The notes below the pieces were generated by a model. That model had not been told where the DNA came from. It did no database searches and saw only the letters and a list, made by a program, of their open reading frames with translations. From assembly GCA_045545665.1 (NCBI GenBank), contig JAZQBL010000025.1:2087-66086 (forward strand): 64,000 bases of DNA. Reading direction: 5' to 3'. Source of the stretch: Eubacteriales bacterium. GTDB taxonomy: Bacteria; Bacillota; Clostridia; Oscillospirales; CAG-272. Position 1 is the first letter of the stretch. The number at the start of each line of letters is the position of its first letter. Shown here piece by piece: positions 39,135 to 48,196 of this stretch. A program made the translations under genes and the position numbers.

Positions 39135-40673
39135 TCAGATGACCTCAGATGCCGTGCGCTCTATCTGCAGAAGCTTTTTATAGTTTTCCATATAGTCGTT
39201 AAAGCCCTTGATATCACAGTCATCCGCTTTCACCGTTACACTTTCAACGTTTTTGAATACGTACGTGCTAAGGTAATCCTCAAGCGTTTCTCCGTCCTTT
39301 TTATTTGCAGAATATGCGGCGAGAAGCGCCATACCGTAAGGTCCGCCCTCCCCTGCCGTTTTCATGCACGTTATCGGCGCACCGCAAACGGCGGACATAT
39401 ATTTTTGTCCGACGACCGGTGTTTTGAACAATCCTCCGTGACCCATTATGGAATCCATTTTTACGTTTTCTTTTTCAAGTATATCTATTCCGAGCTTCAG
39501 CGTTGCCACCGTAGAATACAGCGTTGCACGGAAGAAATTTGCAAGCGTAAATTTACTTTTGGGATGGCGTACGACTATAGGCCGTCCCTCGGGTATATGG
39601 GTTATAACTTCCCCTGCAAGATAGTTGCACACCAGAACACCGCCGCAGTCGGGGTCGCCCTGCAAAGATTTTTCGTAAAGCTTCGTATATATATCGCCCG
39701 TTGACATATCCGCGCCGAGCAGCTCTGCGGCTTCTTTAAGGACTGAGACCCACGCGTTTGAATCGCTTGTGCAGTTGTTACAGTGCACCATTGCGACGTT
39801 TTTGCCGCCGGGTGTCGTTACGACATCTATTTCCTCGTAGACGTTTTCCATGGGGCGTTCCATTACCGCCATCAAAAACACTGACGTTCCCGCTGAGACG
39901 TTGCCTGTTCTCGGCGCAACGGAATTGGTTGCCGTCATACCTGTTCCCGCATCACCCTCGGGCGGTGCAAACGGAATACCCTCAGGTAACAGTCCGTCAA
40001 CAAGGCTGCATCCTTCCTTCGTAAGATATCCCGCATTTTCCCCTGCAAGAAGTACTTTGGGCAAAACGTCTTCAATATCCCAAGATAAGCCTTTATCTTT
40101 TATAAGCTTTCTGAATTTTTCTATCATTTTTTCGTCGTAACTCTTCTTTTCCGTATCTACCGGAAACATTCCCGACGCTTCGCCTATACCGACAGCATTT
40201 ACTCCTGTAAGCATATAATGTACGTATCCTGCAAGAGAGGTAACGTGTGCGATCCTTGAAATATGCTCCTCACCGTTTAAAACAGCCTGATACAGATGCG
40301 CTATCGACCATCTTTGCGGAATGTTAAAGCCAAACAGCTCGGTAAGCTCTTCAGATGCATCCTTCGTGATCGTATTTTGCCAGGTTCTGAACGGTACGAG
40401 CAGATTCCAATCACTGTCAAATACAAGATACCCGTGCATCATACCCGAAAGCCCCATGTACGAAATATCCTGTCGGTCCTCTATCTTCAAAAGAGATTCT
40501 TTAAGCCCGTCCCAGACCTGTGATATATCGTAAGTCCATATACCGTTTTCATACGAGCTTGACCATGTATAATCGCCGCTTGATACCGGTGTATGATCTG
40601 AATCTATCATAACCGCTTTTATCCTTGTTGAACCGAATTCAACACCGAGGAATTTGCCATTTCTGTTTTTCAT
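39135..40673 (-). CDS. FGGY-family sugar kinase (xylulokinase/L-ribulokinase-like)
   Basis: LGVEFGSTRIKA, SGMMHG, FNIPQRWSIAHL and EGDAGTGM. Confidence 0.88.
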   Translation of the reverse strand: MKNRNGKFLGVEFGSTRIKAVMIDSDHTPVSSGDYTWSSSYENGIWTYDISQVWDGLKESLLKIEDRQDISYMGLSGMMHGYLVFDSDWNLLVPFRTWQNTITKDASEELTELFGFNIPQRWSIAHLYQAVLNGEEHISRIAHVTSLAGYVHYMLTGVNAVGIGEASGMFPVDTEKKSYDEKMIEKFRKLIKDKGLSWDIEDVLPKVLLAGENAGYLTKEGCSLVDGLLPEGIPFAPPEGDAGTGMTATNSVAPRTGNVSAGTSVFLMAVMERPMENVYEEIDVVTTPGGKNVAMVHCNNCTSDSNAWVSVLKEAAELLGADMSTGDIYTKLYEKSLQGDPDCGGVLVCNYLAGEVITHIPEGRPIVVRHPKSKFTLANFFRATLYSTVATLKLGIDILEKENVKMDSIMGHGGLFKTPVVGQKYMSAVCGAPITCMKTAGEGGPYGMALLAAYSANKKDGETLEDYLSTYVFKNVESVTVKADDCDIKGFNDYMENYKKLLQIERTASEVI

Positions 40674-40894
40674 AATGATCCACCGCCTTTACTGATTCAA
40701 GTATATCATATATCGGTTTATTTTTCAAGAAAAATATCATTTATTTAAAAAAAGAACTGTGATATAACGGGTGTTGTTCTTATCGGAGAATTTGCGATCC
40801 TACACCAAACTCACAGAGGCAGAAAAAGAAGATTCGTTTTCTCTCTGCATTCTTAGCGGAGAAATAGGCAACCACATAAATTTCGGCAGATAAC

Positions 40895-40923
40895 TTGTTT
40901 TCTCTGCCGATTTGTGTTATAAT
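40895..40923 (+). promoter_or_regulatory. Sigma-A-like promoter facing the REP element and the downstream accessory genes
   Basis: TTGTTT-17 nt-TATAAT with TG extension. Confidence 0.5.
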
Positions 40924-40936
40924 GGGAGTAATAAAA

Positions 40937-41113
40937 AGCCTTCCTCCGAGAGGAAGGTGGCACGCGGCAGGGGTTCCCCAAAGCGAATGAAATGAGCTTT
41001 GGGGGTTCGCTGCGGAGCGTGACGGAAGGGGCCTGCGTAACTTTAGATTCGTACTAACTTTCTTGTAACGCGCTCTCCCTCAGTCAGTTCCGCTTCCTCC
41101 CGGAGGGAGCCTT
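40937..41113. repeat. GC-rich REP-like palindromic element with a nested second hairpin unit
   Basis: Terminal hairpins CCTTCCTC-cga-GAGGAAGG and GCTTCCTCC-c-GGAGGGAGC; internal CCCCAAAGC...GCTTTGGGG. Confidence 0.6.
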
Positions 41114-41233
41114 TGGTTACAGCTAACCTTAGAGGTATGGTCATAGTCATATGCCTTTTTAGTACAAGAGCGAAATTGGCGATAAAACAGAACTATAAAT
41201 AAGAATTTGACGAATAGATAGGAGGCACAATAA

Positions 41234-41752
41234 ATGGGATTATTTAGTTGGATAGGCAAAAAGAAAGCACCTAAAGAAACCCTCCCCATTCCAACACATC
41301 TTCAATCAATTTTGATTCCAGTTGGCAGTAACAACAATGAATGTGAAGTAACAGGAACAATAAAATGCCATTGTGGAAGCGATGCTTTTGAAATCTGCGA
41401 AAGTAATGAAAGACAACTGCTAAAAATAGTATGTAAAGAATGTAAAAAAGAGTTTGTTTTGTTCGATAGTGGAAAGCATGGTTGGAATGGTTTTGTGTGC
41501 AAAGATGATTTTCTCGACAGAGAAATACCACTTGAGAAAGTTTGCTGTTCTAAGTGTGGAGAAAGTAGTTTTAAGATAGCGCTGCATATATCCTCGCAAG
41601 GCAAAGAAGATTTTGCAGAAGAATGTTTGGCAAATGATGATTCTTTTTCTCAAGAAGATTGGGTAAATGCATTTGAATGGATTACCGTTTCTTTGTCGTG
41701 TATAAAATGTGGTCATTGTGAAAAAAACTGGCTCGATTTTGAAACTATGTAA
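41234..41752 (+). CDS. Cys-rich hypothetical protein (putative double zinc ribbon)
   Basis: CHC, CKEC, CSKC and CIKC; AGGAGG RBS; AT-rich codon usage. Confidence 0.75.
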   Translation: MGLFSWIGKKKAPKETLPIPTHLQSILIPVGSNNNECEVTGTIKCHCGSDAFEICESNERQLLKIVCKECKKEFVLFDSGKHGWNGFVCKDDFLDREIPLEKVCCSKCGESSFKIALHISSQGKEDFAEECLANDDSFSQEDWVNAFEWITVSLSCIKCGHCEKNWLDFETM

Positions 41753-41851
41753 ATCAGACCAATTCCAATTTATCGAATAGAATAGCAGTTTGAAAACCAA
41801 GCACCTTTTTATGGTATGATCAATACAGTGATATCAAAATGAGGATGGATT

Positions 41852-43594
41852 ATGAAAAAAATAATTGCTTTTATTTTATGTTGTGTTATTATATTCGGTG
41901 CCGTTTCGTGCGCTTCACAATCAGGTGATACCGAAGGCGAAAAGGAGAAGTATACGGACACCTCATCAGATACTGTTTACGAGCTGACGTATGATGATAT
42001 TATCGGTCGTTACACAGCACTTTTGAAGGCAAGAGTCAGCGGGGAAGCACTTGAAGAATCGGATGATTCTTCAAGTACCATAGAAAAAACACTTTTAGAT
42101 ATCGTTTGTGACGTTGAAGATCCTTCAATTATGGGATATGCCACGAAAGACCTCAACGGTGACGGCGACGAAGAGCTCGTTTTACTGAACAAAAACAACA
42201 AGCTTTACGCTTTATTTACCGTACAGAACACCGTACCCGTTTTGCTTTTGAAACTTGATACGCTGTCAGCCGCAATAGCGCCGGACGGTACTGTATATAC
42301 ATATCAATACGTCAAAGATCAGGGGGATCACACACAGATAAAAAAAATAATTGACGGGGTGCTTGTCGGCGTCGAATACGACGGTGTGATAAACGGCGAG
42401 AGCGTTACGTATTATAAAACCGAAAACGGTGTCAGAACCGAGATCACACAAGAAGAAAAGCACTTGCTTGGTAACTCTCTTGAGTCGATTATGCGGAATC
42501 CGATGTATATAAACAAAACTACGGGATTTCGGTTTGTGCCGGCTATACCCGAATCAGCCGCAAATAAAGCACCCGTTCCCGATTTTACAACGTACGACGG
42601 CGTTATAGCTGCATATAAAACGATCGTGGAAAGCTTTTCCGAGTATAAGAAATTGGATTGGATAAACGGAAAGTTTGATAATTTGTTTACGATCACCGAT
42701 AACGAAAGCTACGAAGTTTTCCACCAAATATTCCAATGCGGAATAAGCAATATGCCCACGGAAGAATATCTCGGTAAAACATATGCTTCCGACGGAGATA
42801 ATTCGTACGGATATGCAAAAAAGGATATCAACGGTGACGGCACGGAGGAGCTGATATTGCTCAATGACAAATATGAGATAATTTCACTCTTTACCGAAAA
42901 AAATGGCCGCGCACACCTTGTTGACGGTGTATGCCATGCATGGATAGACGAAAACGGTAACATCAGAAAAGAGGTTGCAACGGGCGGACAGGTAAGCCGT
43001 GACGGTGAGTGCTATGTCTACACCCTTGACGGTACAGTGTTGAAGACCGAAATAGCGGTCGGATATAAAGTAAATATATATCTGCAAAAAGAAGGCTGGT
43101 ACAAGATCGAAGATGGAAAGAAGACGGAAATTTCCGCACAGGAGGGAGAGGCGCTTTATACTGCGTACGATATCTTACCTTCGAGATATTCCGATAATGA
43201 ATACACGAGAACGTTCGCGGATATAGAATTTATCCCCTTGTTTGATACGACCGATGTGGGAGAAAAACACGTCGGCACGTTTACAAACGCTTGGTTTATA
43301 TATGGAGATACGATCACCGTATCTTCATTCACCGCAGACGGCGTAAATGCCGTTATCAAGTTTATTTACGCGGAAGGGGAGTTTGATCCCGAAACGAATC
43401 CAGAACCGGTGCGGTATATTACAGAACTTAACGTTCGGGCGCTTCGATGCGGAAACAGATACACGTTTGAACAAGACGGCATAAAGGGATATATCGAGTT
43501 CGCCGTCGGTGCAATATGGGTCGTCGTGACGGAAAGTCAAAACGAACACGTTGGCAACCGAGCATCTTTTTTTAATCGTCTTGATACAAATTAA
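41852..43594 (+). CDS. Lipoprotein with an internally duplicated domain
   Basis: AVSC lipobox; GYATKDLNGDGDEELVLLN and GYAKKDINGDGTEELILLN repeats. Confidence 0.75.
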   Translation: MKKIIAFILCCVIIFGAVSCASQSGDTEGEKEKYTDTSSDTVYELTYDDIIGRYTALLKARVSGEALEESDDSSSTIEKTLLDIVCDVEDPSIMGYATKDLNGDGDEELVLLNKNNKLYALFTVQNTVPVLLLKLDTLSAAIAPDGTVYTYQYVKDQGDHTQIKKIIDGVLVGVEYDGVINGESVTYYKTENGVRTEITQEEKHLLGNSLESIMRNPMYINKTTGFRFVPAIPESAANKAPVPDFTTYDGVIAAYKTIVESFSEYKKLDWINGKFDNLFTITDNESYEVFHQIFQCGISNMPTEEYLGKTYASDGDNSYGYAKKDINGDGTEELILLNDKYEIISLFTEKNGRAHLVDGVCHAWIDENGNIRKEVATGGQVSRDGECYVYTLDGTVLKTEIAVGYKVNIYLQKEGWYKIEDGKKTEISAQEGEALYTAYDILPSRYSDNEYTRTFADIEFIPLFDTTDVGEKHVGTFTNAWFIYGDTITVSSFTADGVNAVIKFIYAEGEFDPETNPEPVRYITELNVRALRCGNRYTFEQDGIKGYIEFAVGAIWVVVTESQNEHVGNRASFFNRLDTN

Positions 43595-43784
43595 TGCAAG
43601 GATCCTTTATCAGAAATATTCTATGCGTGGAGCAGATGATTAAATAATTAACTAATATTTGAACTTTTGTAAATATTGTGATATTTTTTTGACAAATATA
43701 TTGAATCGTAAAAATAAATGTGATATACTATCTCTAATATTGCACGCAAGACACTGAGCAATAAATATATAGGAGGTTAAAGGT

Positions 43785-44015
43785 ATGAAAAAAACTATTT
43801 GCAAGGTTGAATACGATACAGAGATGTCCGAACTTATTGCGAAGTACACCAGCGGTGAGTTTGGCGATCCTGCAGGATACGAAGAATCACTTTATGTAAC
43901 AGCAGGCGGAAAGTATTTCCTTTACGTCAACGGCGGTGAAGAATCAATTCATCCTACGGAAAATATAGTAAGAATGTCCGCTGCAAAAGCAGAGGAATGG
44001 AAAGCGGCACACTAA
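43785..44015 (+). CDS. Small hypothetical protein
   Basis: AGGAGG RBS; YDTE...EESLY...GKYFLY..GG pattern; terminator 44027-44060. Confidence 0.75.
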   Translation: MKKTICKVEYDTEMSELIAKYTSGEFGDPAGYEESLYVTAGGKYFLYVNGGEESIHPTENIVRMSAAKAEEWKAAH

Positions 44016-44059
44016 GTTTGTTTATAAAAAAATTCCCGAGGAGATCCTCGGGAATTTTT

Positions 44060-45001
44060 TTATTCTTCTGTGTTACTGATATCCGTAACTGTTTCTTTAA
44101 TGCCTGAGCAGAGTCCTGCAATAGATTGAAGCTCGCTGGGTATTATTATCTTCGTTGACTTGCCGTCTGCGGCTTTTGCAAACGCTTCAAGCTTCTTCAA
44201 TATAAGATAGCCTTCTTCGGGAGATGCTTCGTTTATCATCTTTATTGATTCTGCCATAGCTTTCTGTACAGCGAGTATCGCCTGCGCTTCACCTTCGGAC
44301 TCTCTGATCTTTTGCTCTTTAACAGCTTCTGCTTTGAGTATCTGCGCCTGTTTTTCACCTTCTGCGGCAAGAACTTGGCTTTCTTTAAGACCTTCTGCTA
44401 CGAGGATCTTACTTGCCTTTTCGCCTTCTGCCTTGAGGATGGCTTCACGTCTTTGGCGTTCTGCCTTCATTTGTTTTTCCATTGCATCTTGAATTTCAGA
44501 CGGCGGTATGATGTTTTTAAGCTCAACACGGTTTACCTTGATGCCCCACGGGTCTGTTGCTTCGTCGAGTATGACTCTTATATGTGAGTTTATCGTGTCA
44601 CGTGAGGTGAGAGTGTGGTCGAGTTCCATATCACCTATGATGTTACGAAGCGTTGTGGCTGTGAGATTTTCAATAGCTGCCAAGGGATTTTCAACGCCGT
44701 AAGCGTACAGCTTCGGGTCTGTTATCTGGAAGAAAACGACCGTGTCTATTTGCATAGTTACGTTATCCTTTGTGATAACGGGCTGGGGAGGGAAGTCGAC
44801 GACTTGTTCTTTCAAAGATACCATCTTTTGAATTTTGTCGATAAATGGTATTTTTACGTGAAGTCCTGTATCCCATGTGGCATAATATGCGCCGAGTCTT
44901 TCAATGACGTATGCTTTCGACTGCGGCACTATTTTGATATTTGAAATTACTATTACAACGAAAAACAGTGCGACTGCAACTAAAATGTAAAATATTTCCA
45001 T
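44060..45001 (-). CDS. SPFH/Band 7 (QmcA-like) protein
   Basis: VIERLG, PPQPVITKDNV, TTLRNIIG, DPWGIKV and MKAERQRR. Confidence 0.95.
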   Translation of the reverse strand: MEIFYILVAVALFFVVIVISNIKIVPQSKAYVIERLGAYYATWDTGLHVKIPFIDKIQKMVSLKEQVVDFPPQPVITKDNVTMQIDTVVFFQITDPKLYAYGVENPLAAIENLTATTLRNIIGDMELDHTLTSRDTINSHIRVILDEATDPWGIKVNRVELKNIIPPSEIQDAMEKQMKAERQRREAILKAEGEKASKILVAEGLKESQVLAAEGEKQAQILKAEAVKEQKIRESEGEAQAILAVQKAMAESIKMINEASPEEGYLILKKLEAFAKAADGKSTKIIIPSELQSIAGLCSGIKETVTDISNTEE

Positions 45002-45018
45002 AACTGTGACCTTTCTTG

Positions 45019-45450
45019 TTATTTATTTTTTACTATGACTTTTACGCCCTCGATTTGTTCGACGGTAACGACCGTACCGACGGGTATCGTTTCATCGTTT
45101 TGCGAGCGAGCCGTCCAGATGATACCTTTTATATTCACCTGACCTTTTCCGAGTATGTTGTTGATCTCCTCGGTTACAACACATTCCTGACCTATGCATC
45201 TGTCGGCGTTTGTTTTCACGGTTCCGTGCTTTAGTATTTTACGTGACAGTTTTCTTGTAAAGATCAATGCAACGGCAGACACTACGAGGAAAGCGAGTAT
45301 CTGCAGCCAGAACATTTCCGGAAGAAAACACCAGAGTATGAGAGATACAGCTGAGCCGAGGGCAAGCCATATCGTCGTCATTTGCGGTGTCACGATCTCT
45401 ATAAGCACAAACAACACGAGAAAAACTACCCATATGATCCAATATTCCAT
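45019..45450 (-). CDS. NfeD family protein
   Basis: N-terminal TM segments plus OB-fold with WTARS and VEQIEGVKVIV; AGGAGG RBS; partner of the SPFH gene. Confidence 0.92.
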   Translation of the reverse strand: MEYWIIWVVFLVLFVLIEIVTPQMTTIWLALGSAVSLILWCFLPEMFWLQILAFLVVSAVALIFTRKLSRKILKHGTVKTNADRCIGQECVVTEEINNILGKGQVNIKGIIWTARSQNDETIPVGTVVTVEQIEGVKVIVKNK

Positions 45451-45645
45451 ATGTAATTCCTCCTTTTGTACTATTATACACGTTTGCGGCGTAAAAATCA
45501 ATAATTTTATGAGAAATTATTGTTTTTTTTAATTCATTCGATTATCCGGAATATTACCCGCCTTGTTAGTTTTATCTCTTTTATTTTATTTATACATAAA
45601 AATTCCCCCACCGAAGTGAGGGAATACTTATGTATTTATTAAGGT

Positions 45646-47271
45646 TTACGCCTTTTTCTTCTTGATTACGAAGAATACTACTGCTGCTATAGCAACTACA
45701 ACTGCTGCAACGATACCGATGATACCGCCAACGGGGAAGCCGCCCTTGTCATCATCTTTGTCTGTGCCTGCTGTGTTTGTTGTTACAGCAGAGGAATCAG
45801 CATTGTTTGTCGCTGCATCGTCTGTTGTTGCACCTGTTTCGTCTTCGGAAGGAGCTGTTGTAACGTCTCCGCCGTCTGTTTCATCGCTTACGCTGTTTTC
45901 GGGATAAGGTGTTGTGTATTCTTCATCTTCAAATACAGGGGGTGTTTCGCTGTAGTATTTGATCCACTGAATGTCGAATGTTTCGCCGACTGTGTCACCT
46001 GCGCCGTAGAAGGGGCAGAGGTAAAGCTTGGAGATGAACTGGGACCAGTCATCGTAGCCTGTCATATCGAATACCATTGTGTGCCACTGTCCGTCGTTAA
46101 TAAGACCTTCTCCGAGGTCGCAGTCAAGGTCTCTGTCAAGACCTGTAGTCAAGGAGTTGAGGAAGTTGATTGCGAAACGGTTACCCTTTTCAGAGGATGT
46201 ACGGTATCTGATAGCAACGTATTCACCTGCGTTGTCCATATTAAGACCCTGTGTAATGTCGCTTGAACCGATGATGGGATCAGCACCTGTAACTGTGAAT
46301 CTTACAAACTTATCGCCGTTTTCATCCATATCTTTTGCTTCAACGGAACCGTTTGTGAGGTCGAACGTTGCAGCAGCGCCGCTGTAGTCGTAACGGTCAG
46401 CAGCGTCGAAACCTGTCTGTTCTTCTTCTTCGGGTTCTGTGTCAACGGGAATGTCGACGTCAACGTCGCCGTCGGATGCACCCTTACCTACCAAAGCGAT
46501 AGCGGGAAGGTTCTTAACAGCCTTGGAAACTGCGATACCGTAGCCGAGCTCGATCTGCTTTGCTCCATCGTCTGTTGAGATATCACCATCACCCATGTTA
46601 AGGCAGAAGCCGAGGCGGAAGAGGTCTTCGTTTTCAGCCTTCTTACCGAGAACGCTCGTAAGATCAAGCTTCATTTCATAAGTTACCAATTCAGCATCCT
46701 TATCCCAATTAGCTGCAAAGTTTTCACCTGCTGTGAGCTTGATGTTCTTTCTTTCGCCCCATTTTGTATAGGATATCATGCTGCCGCCGGAAGCGGGGTC
46801 GTAACCGATACCGATCTCAGCTCTGTCGAAGCCTTCGGGATCAGTTTCGATATCAGTAATTGCAACCTGGAAGGACCATGCGCGGAAAAGGTAAAGCTCG
46901 TTGCCTGCAAAAGCGCAGTTGTATTCGGATTTGGGAGCTTTTGCCTGAAGAGCAACGTAGAAATCGTTGCCGTTCCAACCCATGTAGATCTTCATATCGT
47001 TCTTGAGGTAGTTTTCAACATCTTCAAGTGTGGAGGGAAGACCCTTACCCTTTGTCCAGTTGAAGTACTCGCTGTAGTTTGAGAATGTCATAAGGTTGTA
47101 TTCGCCGGCACCGATCGTACCGTCCATTTTGGGGGCTGTCTTGATATAGCTTACGTCAAGACTGAGGGACTGTTCTTCTGTGTTGTTCTGGATCTCAACA
47201 GCCGCAAACGTTGAAACTGCCATAGACAGTACAAGTGCTGCTGTCGTGATCAAAGTAAGTATCTTTTTCAT
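45646..47271 (-). CDS. Membrane-anchored surface protein with carbohydrate-binding-like domains
   Basis: Signal peptide, APKMDG...EY and IYMGWN (CBM9/DOMON-like), second beta-sandwich (DGQWHTMVFDM), T/D-rich linker, C-terminal TM and KKKKA. Confidence 0.65.
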   Translation of the reverse strand: MKKILTLITTAALVLSMAVSTFAAVEIQNNTEEQSLSLDVSYIKTAPKMDGTIGAGEYNLMTFSNYSEYFNWTKGKGLPSTLEDVENYLKNDMKIYMGWNGNDFYVALQAKAPKSEYNCAFAGNELYLFRAWSFQVAITDIETDPEGFDRAEIGIGYDPASGGSMISYTKWGERKNIKLTAGENFAANWDKDAELVTYEMKLDLTSVLGKKAENEDLFRLGFCLNMGDGDISTDDGAKQIELGYGIAVSKAVKNLPAIALVGKGASDGDVDVDIPVDTEPEEEEQTGFDAADRYDYSGAAATFDLTNGSVEAKDMDENGDKFVRFTVTGADPIIGSSDITQGLNMDNAGEYVAIRYRTSSEKGNRFAINFLNSLTTGLDRDLDCDLGEGLINDGQWHTMVFDMTGYDDWSQFISKLYLCPFYGAGDTVGETFDIQWIKYYSETPPVFEDEEYTTPYPENSVSDETDGGDVTTAPSEDETGATTDDAATNNADSSAVTTNTAGTDKDDDKGGFPVGGIIGIVAAVVVAIAAVVFFVIKKKKA

Positions 47272-47363
47272 AAAAATCTCCTTATATTTTTTTTGATACT
47301 AATCGCATTATATAACATTATCACCAAATTGTCAATAAGAAATTGTCAACAAAAACTGAATAT

Positions 47364-48041
47364 TTACCAAACAAAAGTCTCTTTTGCTCGTTTTGTCATT
47401 TCAACAACGGCACCGCCGATGTCTTCTGCGCCGAAAATAGAGGAACCTGCAACGATGACGTTTGCGCCCGCTTCCGTTACAAGATTTACGTTAAACGTAT
47501 AAAGTCCTCCGTCAACCTCGAGGTCGATATCTCTTCCCGACTTTTTGATAAGCTCACGTGCGACCTTACAGCTTTCGATTGCCGAAGGGATAAACTTCTG
47601 TCCGCCGAAACCGGGCTGTACCGACATTATAAGTACCATATCAACGTACGGCAGATAACCTTCGAGGACTGCAGGGTTTGTGTCGGGCTTTATTGAAATG
47701 CAAGGTTTGATACCCAAAGAACGGATATATTCAAGAACCTTTATTCTGTCGTGGCACGCTTCATGGTGTATCGTTATGATATCGGCACCTGCTTTTGCAA
47801 AGTCGTCGATGTAACGCATAGGGTCAACTATCATCAAATGAACGTCGAACACCTGGTTTGAGTGCTTGCGAAGCGTTTGAGGTACTATCTTGCCAAAAGA
47901 TATGTTAGGTACGAAAATACCGTCCATTACGTCAATGTGCAAGTATTCGGCACCGGCGTTTTCGGTTGCCTTAACGTCGTCAAGCAGATTGTTGAAATTT
48001 GCCGATAAAATGGACGGAGCCATTTTTATTCTTCTTTCCAT
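47364..48041 (-). CDS. rpe: Ribulose-phosphate 3-epimerase
   Basis: APSILSA, HIDVMDG, DVHLM, MSVQPGFGGQKF and EVDGG. Confidence 0.97.
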   Translation of the reverse strand: MERRIKMAPSILSANFNNLLDDVKATENAGAEYLHIDVMDGIFVPNISFGKIVPQTLRKHSNQVFDVHLMIVDPMRYIDDFAKAGADIITIHHEACHDRIKVLEYIRSLGIKPCISIKPDTNPAVLEGYLPYVDMVLIMSVQPGFGGQKFIPSAIESCKVARELIKKSGRDIDLEVDGGLYTFNVNLVTEAGANVIVAGSSIFGAEDIGGAVVEMTKRAKETFVW

Positions 48042-48196
48042 TTGTCTTTTCCTTTCTGAATTTTCGTTTGTATTCAACTAAATATTATACCTTATGCGAT
48101 GCGTTTTGTCAATAGTTTTGCTGTAAGCTTTTGTACTTGACAAATGGCGTTTTTGAAGGTATAATGATAGAGTAATAAATGAAAGGAAGATACCAA

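Noticed and set aside
40765-40890. Possible gene remnant before the REP element (also YGHSHMPF near 41136)
   Set aside because: Too short to assign without a homology search
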